Positions 33,111 through 38,034 of a DNA stretch of 38,034 nucleotides are shown one piece after another. Source of the DNA: a virus. The notes beneath the pieces were generated by a model. That model did not search any database. It worked only from the letters and a program-made list of their open reading frames with translations, and was not told where the DNA came from. The stretch lies in IMG/VR virus record IMGVR_UViG_3300023099_000006, positions 1 to 38,034 of that record. One strand, 5' to 3'. A program made the position numbers and the translations under genes. Numbering within the stretch: position 1 is the first letter of the stretch; each line of letters begins with the position of its first letter.

Positions 33111-33230
33111 ATGAAAAAACTAATATTTATAATTCTACACAAGCTGGGAATAACAAAGAACTGGAGCTATGAACAACTTGAAAGATGGGGAGTCGAAGAT
33201 ATCCATAACGGTAAGATTTATTGGGATTAA
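33111..33230 (+). CDS. Possible small protein (39 aa)
   Basis: Hand-translated MKKLIFIILHKLGITKNWSYEQLERWGVEDIHNGKIYWD. Confidence 0.3.
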   Translation: MKKLIFIILHKLGITKNWSYEQLERWGVEDIHNGKIYWD

Positions 33231-33233
33231 TTT

Positions 33234-33317
33234 ATGTCCTCAAAAGAATTACTAATTATATTTATAATAATCGCAGTCGGGTGTTTTGCTTGGGTACGAT
33301 TTATTATTACGGCTTAA
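33234..33317 (+). CDS. Possible micro membrane protein (27 aa)
   Basis: Hand-translated MSSKELLIIFIIIAVGCFAWVRFIITA. Confidence 0.25.
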   Translation: MSSKELLIIFIIIAVGCFAWVRFIITA

Positions 33318-33321
33318 TAAC

Positions 33322-33483
33322 ATGGAAACATACTCACCATTCAAGCACGCTCCAGACTTCATTGCATATGTCCCTGAGAAGCGCTATAAGCCCCTTAGAG
33401 GAGAGTTAAAGGACAGAAAGGAAAAAGTATATGGACTACACGGAAAACGATTACAAAAGCTTTATAAGACAATATACGGATAG
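33322..33483 (+). CDS. Hypothetical small basic protein (53 aa from ATG 33322)
   Basis: Track ORF 33286..33483. The internal ATG follows TAATAAC and avoids overlapping the previous micro-ORF. Confidence 0.45.
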   Translation: METYSPFKHAPDFIAYVPEKRYKPLRGELKDRKEKVYGLHGKRLQKLYKTIYG

Positions 33484-33485
33484 AT

Positions 33486-33635
33486 ATGAAAACAATCACA
33501 CTCAACGAGAAAATACTAGAAATAACTAAAGCGGCTCTTGAAAACGATAATCCTGAAATCTTATCAAGACTGTCAATACTATTCGATAATAAGGCAAAGT
33601 ACGCTTATACACTAAGGACTATTTTATCTAACTAA
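33486..33635 (+). CDS. Hypothetical small protein (49 aa)
   Basis: Hand-translated MKTITLNEKILEITKAALENDNPEILSRLSILFDNKAKYAYTLRTILSN. Fits neighbours with 1-2-nt gaps. Confidence 0.4.
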   Translation: MKTITLNEKILEITKAALENDNPEILSRLSILFDNKAKYAYTLRTILSN

Positions 33636-33636
33636 C

Positions 33637-34086
33637 ATGAAATCACCAGAACTCCTCTTCCTAGAGGAAGTAATAATAAAGCATGTACCAGAGATAGTGG
33701 AACTTAAGTTTGGATGTAAAGTTTTATATGAAAAAAATATATACACAATATATCGTGAATATCTGAAAGACCAATATAAAGCAACTGACAAAAAACATAC
33801 TGAAATAAGTCTAAACGCTCAAACATTTGGCATTGAAATCCTCGGGCGTGACATACAGCTTGCGGACGTAATGATTGCTCTAAGTAAAAAAATAGATACT
33901 CACGGATATGAAATGACATTGCTACGATTCAATTCAACTCTTGAGATAAGACAAAATGTTCTTACTTATCCTGGGCTTGAAGTTCAAGATACAGGCAATA
34001 AATGTGTTTGGGACCTCACCAAACCCCTCCACCTACAATCTCCTTCCACTATTAGTAGCCTAACAGAGCTTTTGAAGAGCGAGTAG
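33637..34086 (+). CDS. Hypothetical protein (149 aa)
   Basis: ORF track. Confidence 0.65.
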   Translation: MKSPELLFLEEVIIKHVPEIVELKFGCKVLYEKNIYTIYREYLKDQYKATDKKHTEISLNAQTFGIEILGRDIQLADVMIALSKKIDTHGYEMTLLRFNSTLEIRQNVLTYPGLEVQDTGNKCVWDLTKPLHLQSPSTISSLTELLKSE

Positions 34087-34088
34087 AT

Positions 34089-34238
34089 ATGAGAAATATA
34101 TTAGGGTTAATACTTTGCATAATCGCTAGTTTTATAGCAGGTCATTTCGGAGGGTATATCTGTGTTATTGCAGTAACGATTGGACAAATAGGAATCATTA
34201 TAGGAATAAATAATCCATTAATTCATAACCATGACTAA
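34089..34238 (+). CDS. Small two-TM membrane protein (49 aa)
   Basis: Hand-translated MRNILGLILCIIASFIAGHFGGYICVIAVTIGQIGIIIGINNPLIHNHD. Confidence 0.4.
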   Translation: MRNILGLILCIIASFIAGHFGGYICVIAVTIGQIGIIIGINNPLIHNHD

Positions 34239-34413
34239 CCCCCTAAAGACAGCGGAAGTAAAAGGGAATTTCCCAATAGGTATGTCTATAGTAGGAGAAA
34301 GTGAGCTCATTGATGGAAAGTTCATAACAAAACGAGTATCAGTCGGAACATCTCGAAAAATAAAAGTAAAAGGTAAAACTTATAATATACATATTCCTTA
34401 TGACAAAAATTAA
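34231..34413 (+). CDS. Hypothetical protein (60 aa)
   Basis: ORF track. Confidence 0.5.
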   Translation: MTNPLKTAEVKGNFPIGMSIVGESELIDGKFITKRVSVGTSRKIKVKGKTYNIHIPYDKN

Positions 34414-34720
34414 AACAAACCAGGAAATGATAGATGATTTTGAAAATGACGAGTTTTTCACCGAAGAATATGATGATTCATGTAAAAGCATATGTGATTA
34501 CTGGTTAAAAGTCATCTCAAAACGTGACACAGCCATAAGAGAGACTTTGATCGAGAAGTTGGAAGGGATGAATAAAAACGACCCATTTAAATCAGATTTC
34601 CAAAACTATTACTGCAAGTCATGCGATACACACAATGATTGCATATGTTGGAAACTGAACAACGCCGTGTATAACACAAAGCAAAGATTATCAGACCTTA
34701 TACGAGAAACATTGAAATGA
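34400..34720 (+). CDS. Hypothetical Cys-rich protein (106 aa)
   Basis: ORF track. Contains CKSCDTHNDCICW. Confidence 0.6.
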   Translation: MTKIKTNQEMIDDFENDEFFTEEYDDSCKSICDYWLKVISKRDTAIRETLIEKLEGMNKNDPFKSDFQNYYCKSCDTHNDCICWKLNNAVYNTKQRLSDLIRETLK

Positions 34721-35007
34721 AGGATTTAGAAAAACACAAAACAGACTTTGAATACTGGCTAATCACAGGGGAACAATCTTACAATTCAAAAATCTTTAGA
34801 ACACCTGAAGAGATGACAGTTTACTGGCTCTCCAAGATGGAAGAGCTCAAGGCGGAGATACGGAAAGAGATAGAAGAATCAAAATGTCATATAGAAGAAA
34901 GTATTACTGATTCAGAGCTTAGTTCAGAAGGAGTAAAAAACAGAATCTATGACAGAACTTACAACAAAGTTATTGATGACTTATTAGAAATTGAATCACT
35001 ACAATAA
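34717..35007 (+). CDS. Hypothetical protein (96 aa)
   Basis: ORF track. ATGA overlap. Confidence 0.6.
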   Translation: MKDLEKHKTDFEYWLITGEQSYNSKIFRTPEEMTVYWLSKMEELKAEIRKEIEESKCHIEESITDSELSSEGVKNRIYDRTYNKVIDDLLEIESLQ

Positions 35008-35009
35008 TT

Positions 35010-35498
35010 ATGGAACAAGAAAATAAAATTCGTTGCGTAAAGTGTGGAGCATACAATGGGGAAATAACGATAGCTCCAATGAAGATGTATTGCTGGCATG
35101 AATGGGAAAAATTACCCCAAGAAGAAGATGGAGAAAAGAAACTGCAAAGAGTCGAAGGTGGGGGTTATATTGATTTAAACGCCCCTCAATGGAGAAAGAA
35201 AACTACCCCCATAGCAGTGAGTGATTGGGAGATTATAGCGGCAGAACTTGCGCGACAGACTTGGTTTTCATTTAGAAAAGCAGGTTATGCAACACATTCA
35301 AAAATCATTTACGACGCTTGCAAAGAATTGTATGAGAAAACAGTACAGCGAACGCTATTATGGGCATTAGATGAAATGCCAGGATCAGGGTCGAAAGAAG
35401 CCGTAGAAGCTCTAAATGAATATGCAGATAGAATACATGCATACGCAAAAGAACACGGTATCGCTCTCACCAATGAATCTAAGGAGTTGGACGCATGA
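35010..35498 (+). CDS. Hypothetical protein (162 aa) with an N-terminal CxxC
   Basis: ORF track. Contains CVKCGAYNGE...YCWHEW. Confidence 0.65.
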   Translation: MEQENKIRCVKCGAYNGEITIAPMKMYCWHEWEKLPQEEDGEKKLQRVEGGGYIDLNAPQWRKKTTPIAVSDWEIIAAELARQTWFSFRKAGYATHSKIIYDACKELYEKTVQRTLLWALDEMPGSGSKEAVEALNEYADRIHAYAKEHGIALTNESKELDA

Positions 35499-35707
35499 GA
35501 ACCCATATCTGTGTACCTATAGAAAAAGCCCTAGATTTACTAGAGCAAGGCGAAAACGTCTTGGATTGCACACCAGTTCAGGCATACGAAGAACTTACGG
35601 CAGCACGAGCAGAGGGTAAAACTTATTATTCTGGTTGTGAAAATATGAATGAAGAAGGTCGTTGTGCAGGACACCCCGATTTACCAACTAAAAGCAATGA
35701 GAGTTAA
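35495..35707 (+). CDS. Hypothetical protein (70 aa)
   Basis: ORF track. ATGA overlap. Confidence 0.55.
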   Translation: MRTHICVPIEKALDLLEQGENVLDCTPVQAYEELTAARAEGKTYYSGCENMNEEGRCAGHPDLPTKSNES

Positions 35708-35711
35708 CACA

Positions 35712-36134
35712 ATGGAAACAATAATCAAAAAAGCTATAGAGGGAGGATGGAGTACTTGGTTGAAAGAAGACAATTACTGGATTTCTGGTGAATATATCTT
35801 TTGGAAAACTCATATCATTAAAGATGAGTTCGAGCAAAGAAAAATGACTTTTCATGAAGCATTCATGGATCCTTTGTTTTGGCATTATCTTGGAGATAGT
35901 CTGGCATGGTTTCCCTGGGTTCAGACAAGAAACGGAGTAAAGGTTTGTTTTTTGGAAGAACATGAGAAAAGAAAACGCCAGTCAGAACTCGGTGTGTCTC
36001 CAGTAGGAGGTCCTTTGATTGAATATGTGCCAACTCATATATTTTACGGAGCACTATTTCATGAAATGAACCTAGTTGAAGGATTTGACAAAGCCGTATC
36101 GTGGCTGGAAGCATTAGTAACCAAGGAGAGATAA
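35712..36134 (+). CDS. Hypothetical protein (140 aa from ATG 35712)
   Basis: Track ORF 35649..36134. ATG 35712 (METIIKKAIEGGW) lies 4 nt after the upstream stop. Confidence 0.6.
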   Translation: METIIKKAIEGGWSTWLKEDNYWISGEYIFWKTHIIKDEFEQRKMTFHEAFMDPLFWHYLGDSLAWFPWVQTRNGVKVCFLEEHEKRKRQSELGVSPVGGPLIEYVPTHIFYGALFHEMNLVEGFDKAVSWLEALVTKER

Positions 36135-36140
36135 AAATAT

Positions 36141-36344
36141 ATGGAAGGAGACGTAGAAATAGTTGAATATGTAAACAATGAAGGGGTCATTACCAAGATG
36201 ACTGCAAACGGACAAATATTACCATTACCAATGGGTGATAAGCCAAGTTATGCAGTATTCGAGCCGTTTCCAAACGGTTGGGCAATGAAAACCTATTACA
36301 TGTCACATCAGGAATATAAGAACTTTTATAAGTTAATCGGTTAA
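36141..36344 (+). CDS. Hypothetical protein (67 aa)
   Basis: ORF track. Confidence 0.55.
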   Translation: MEGDVEIVEYVNNEGVITKMTANGQILPLPMGDKPSYAVFEPFPNGWAMKTYYMSHQEYKNFYKLIG

Positions 36345-36354
36345 TCACACAGCC

Positions 36355-36504
36355 ATGAATAAGGAAACAAAACCAAATCCAGGAAGCGACCAAGCAATAG
36401 AGCTCGGCTGTATATGTCCAATACTTGATAACAACCACGGAAAGGGAGGCTATCGAGGAGGATTCTTTATAAACCTAAAATGCCCGATACACGGGGATCA
36501 TTAA
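36355..36504 (+). CDS. Hypothetical small Cys/His-containing protein (49 aa)
   Basis: Hand-translated MNKETKPNPGSDQAIELGCICPILDNNHGKGGYRGGFFINLKCPIHGDH. Confidence 0.4.
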   Translation: MNKETKPNPGSDQAIELGCICPILDNNHGKGGYRGGFFINLKCPIHGDH

Positions 36505-36517
36505 ACAGTAATAAACT

Positions 36518-36691
36518 ATGAAGGAATCAATTTTAAAAAAACTAGAAGATGAAAGAGTATTTAGCATCAAAAAAAATGATGATGGGTCTTATAGATTTAG
36601 AGAAGAGTGTGATGAGTATTTTAAATGTAACCTATCTAAGATTGAAATGATGCAACTTATTGAGGAACTTAAAGAATGTTTAAAAGATTAA
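36518..36691 (+). CDS. Hypothetical small protein (57 aa)
   Basis: Hand-translated MKESILKKLEDERVFSIKKNDDGSYRFREECDEYFKCNLSKIEMMQLIEELKECLKD. Confidence 0.4.
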   Translation: MKESILKKLEDERVFSIKKNDDGSYRFREECDEYFKCNLSKIEMMQLIEELKECLKD

Positions 36692-37125
36692 GAACATATA
36701 ACAAGATTATGAAGGAGGAACACACACCAAAATGCGCTTCAAATACTCACATGTATTACGGAGACCAAAGAAATCATCCTTATCTGGGAGACAAGATGAA
36801 AGAATGCGACTGTGACGGGTATCATACATTCGATGAGCTCTATGACCACCGTATTTCGCTCTATATTGCCCTCTGTAAGAGTTTAAACAGTGACGATGAA
36901 TATTATCAAGTTTGGAGATCTAAGAAGCATTCTGATGGAGAATTATGCTTCGGTACAGGAACCCAGTTCATCATGGGCATTGGAAAGAAAGTAGGAGAAC
37001 AAATAAGCTATCATATACCAATAGAACGTTGGAATGAGACAGATTTCGCGGAAAGTCTTGAAATCGCACCAGAATTTGACGGACATAGTTCAGATGATGT
37101 AATTACCAGACTTAAATCACTCTAA
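36676..37125 (+). CDS. WDGH-domain-like phage protein (149 aa; alternative start ATG 36709)
   Basis: GYHTFDELYDHR...WRSKKHSDG...ISYHIPIERW...APEFDGHSSDDVITRL resembles the phage family named for a WDGH motif (recalled from memory). Confidence 0.45.
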   Translation: MFKRLRTYNKIMKEEHTPKCASNTHMYYGDQRNHPYLGDKMKECDCDGYHTFDELYDHRISLYIALCKSLNSDDEYYQVWRSKKHSDGELCFGTGTQFIMGIGKKVGEQISYHIPIERWNETDFAESLEIAPEFDGHSSDDVITRLKSL

Positions 37126-37224
37126 CCATGGAAAATAACACCCTATCAGAACTTCTACAGAGTAGTAGAGAGATTTGAAAAATGGTGGCAAGGAACAAAT
37201 GCATCAAAAAGCTCTATCCAAGAA

Positions 37225-37431
37225 ATGCTCGACCAGGAACTCACCAAGGCCTATGAGAAAGGGAAGGAGGATATGAAAGTTGAAGCATTAGAGAAGCTTT
37301 TACCAATGGCTAAATATGCAGTTAATAATACAATGAACATTTCAGATCAATATCTCAAAAACCAAAAGCATGGAGAAGGAACAGGATTATTGAAAGCCAT
37401 TGACACTATTCGAGCTCTAACATCTAAGTAA
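37225..37431 (+). CDS. Hypothetical protein (68 aa from the first ATG; the frame is open from 37126)
   Basis: ORF track. See the finding on the upstream open frame. Confidence 0.55.
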   Translation: MLDQELTKAYEKGKEDMKVEALEKLLPMAKYAVNNTMNISDQYLKNQKHGEGTGLLKAIDTIRALTSK

Positions 37432-37463
37432 TAGGTGATATACTCTAATTAAACCTCATTCTT

Positions 37464-37583
37464 ATGAACCACAACACAAACTCCAAGGTTGGTAGAACTT
37501 ACCCTAACCCATCTTTACAAGCAAAACGCCACAGAGCATTTATGAAACTTCATCTGAATCAATTCAGGAAGCAAACGGCATGA
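37464..37583 (+). CDS. Possible small basic protein (39 aa)
   Basis: Hand-translated MNHNTNSKVGRTYPNPSLQAKRHRAFMKLHLNQFRKQTA. Followed by a terminator hairpin. Confidence 0.3.
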   Translation: MNHNTNSKVGRTYPNPSLQAKRHRAFMKLHLNQFRKQTA

Positions 37584-37592
37584 AAGCCACCT

Positions 37593-37618
37593 AAAGCCCC
37601 TTTACATTGAGGGGCTTT
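37593..37618 (+). terminator. Hairpin AAAGCCCC / GGGGCTTT (10-nt loop) ending the early region
   Basis: 8-bp stem followed by an AT-rich tail (ATTATG...). The T-run is weak. Confidence 0.5.
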
Positions 37619-37624
37619 ATTATG

Positions 37625-37713
37625 TATAATCTATTGGTACTTATTAAAAACCTTACGCCTTTCACCTAGCTCAAACTCGTAAGGGTGGGCTAGATTAAGG
37701 GAAAACAAACAAA
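37625..37713 (+). promoter_or_regulatory. TATAAT box plus structured leader element, copy B (paralogue of 29105..29204)
   Basis: TTTACA (37601..37606), 18-nt spacer, TATAAT (37625..37630). Stem CCTTACG (37651..37657) / CGTAAGG (37678..37684) with a 20-nt loop. Then GGGTGGGCTAG, TTAAGGG and AAAACAAACAAA before the ATG. Confidence 0.55.
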
Positions 37714-38013
37714 ATGCTTAAATTTGATACAAAAATAGTACTTAAAACACTTAAAGGAGAAGTTATCAAGGATGATACAGGTGAAGTGACAGCAGCACTT
37801 GTTATCTCAAACATCCTTTCAGGTCAGACAACAAACCCAGCACGCGCATATCAACTAGCTAAGAAGTTCGCTACAGAAGATATCGTTGACCTCAAAGCAG
37901 AAGACGTGGTATTCATTAAGGAACAAGTGGAAGGAGCAGCAAAGCAGTCAATGTCATCATTGGTAGCAGGACAGTTGCTTGAACTCTTAGACGGCGCTGA
38001 AGATAAGAAATAA
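37714..38013 (+). CDS. Hypothetical protein (99 aa), first gene of the operon that continues across the circle junction into the packaging genes
   Basis: ORF track. Its 3' end is duplicated at 1..106. Confidence 0.65.
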   Translation: MLKFDTKIVLKTLKGEVIKDDTGEVTAALVISNILSGQTTNPARAYQLAKKFATEDIVDLKAEDVVFIKEQVEGAAKQSMSSLVAGQLLELLDGAEDKK

Positions 38014-38014
38014 T

Positions 38015-38034
38015 ATGAATGATACACAATTTAC
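38015..38034 (+). CDS. Duplicate 5' fragment of gene 108..263
   Basis: Identical to 108..127. Confidence 0.8.

Noticed and set aside
33221-33409. Track ORF 33221..33409 (62 aa, non-ATG start)
   Set aside because: It crosses three short, tightly abutting ATG-initiated ORFs and the start of 33322..33483. Its composition is implausible.
35309-36438. Antisense or out-of-frame ORFs in the early region (35309..35506-, 35416..35619+, 35688..35963-, 35863..36114-, 36190..36438-, plus 31102..31398-, 31478..31666-, 31828..32106-, 33704..33919-)
   Set aside because: They overlap co-directional, translationally coupled + strand genes and have no supporting features.
1-38034. CRISPR array, integrase/repressor lysogeny module, diversity-generating retroelement
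   Set aside because: I saw no regularly spaced direct repeats. No ORF has tyrosine- or serine-recombinase or reverse-transcriptase motifs. The only repeats are those listed above.

Overview
The window is a complete tailed dsDNA phage genome. The first 127 bp are identical to the last 127 bp, so the contig closes into a circle of about 37,907 bp. I recognise no tape-measure, tail-tube or sheath gene, so it looks podovirus-like. All convincing genes but two are on the + strand and tightly packed, often with ATGA or short overlaps.

Gene order:
- Small proteins, then small and large terminase, portal, scaffold and major capsid protein.
- Two small head proteins, followed by a five-gene sugar/glycan operon (GT-B glycosyltransferase, GT2, short FkbM-like methyltransferase, SDR epimerase/dehydratase, second GT-B) embedded in the virion module (7160..11145).
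- Adaptor/tail-tubular-like genes and two large, low-complexity internal-virion-like proteins.
- An AT-rich accessory island of about 3 kb (17785..20773).
- A 1049-aa tail fibre and a second fibre-like protein.
- Small membrane proteins and a lysis cassette (cysteine-peptidase + PG_binding_1 endolysin), then a 370-bp non-coding spacer with two terminators.
- An early/replication module: NinG-like protein, replisome organizer, HNH-like protein, Rad52-like annealase, SSB-like protein, and many tiny ORFs including several CxxC zinc ribbons.

I found no tRNA, CRISPR, integrase, repressor, DNA polymerase, helicase or primase.

Most worth a second look:
1. The accessory island. It has its own sigma70-like promoter and terminators. 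It carries an Rx4H (HEPN-type) protein, an exported membrane-anchored protein behind a three-segment switch-like leader, a possibly leaderless HTH gene, and a minus-strand PIN-like nuclease with an unrecognised 86-aa partner.
2. The glycan operon inside the structural module.
3. A roughly 90-nt leader element present twice (upstream of 29205 and 37714) with a compensatory base-pair change.
4. A GC-rich patch covering the fibre tip and the next gene.

All functional calls come from motif recognition by eye and from gene order. No database search was run.
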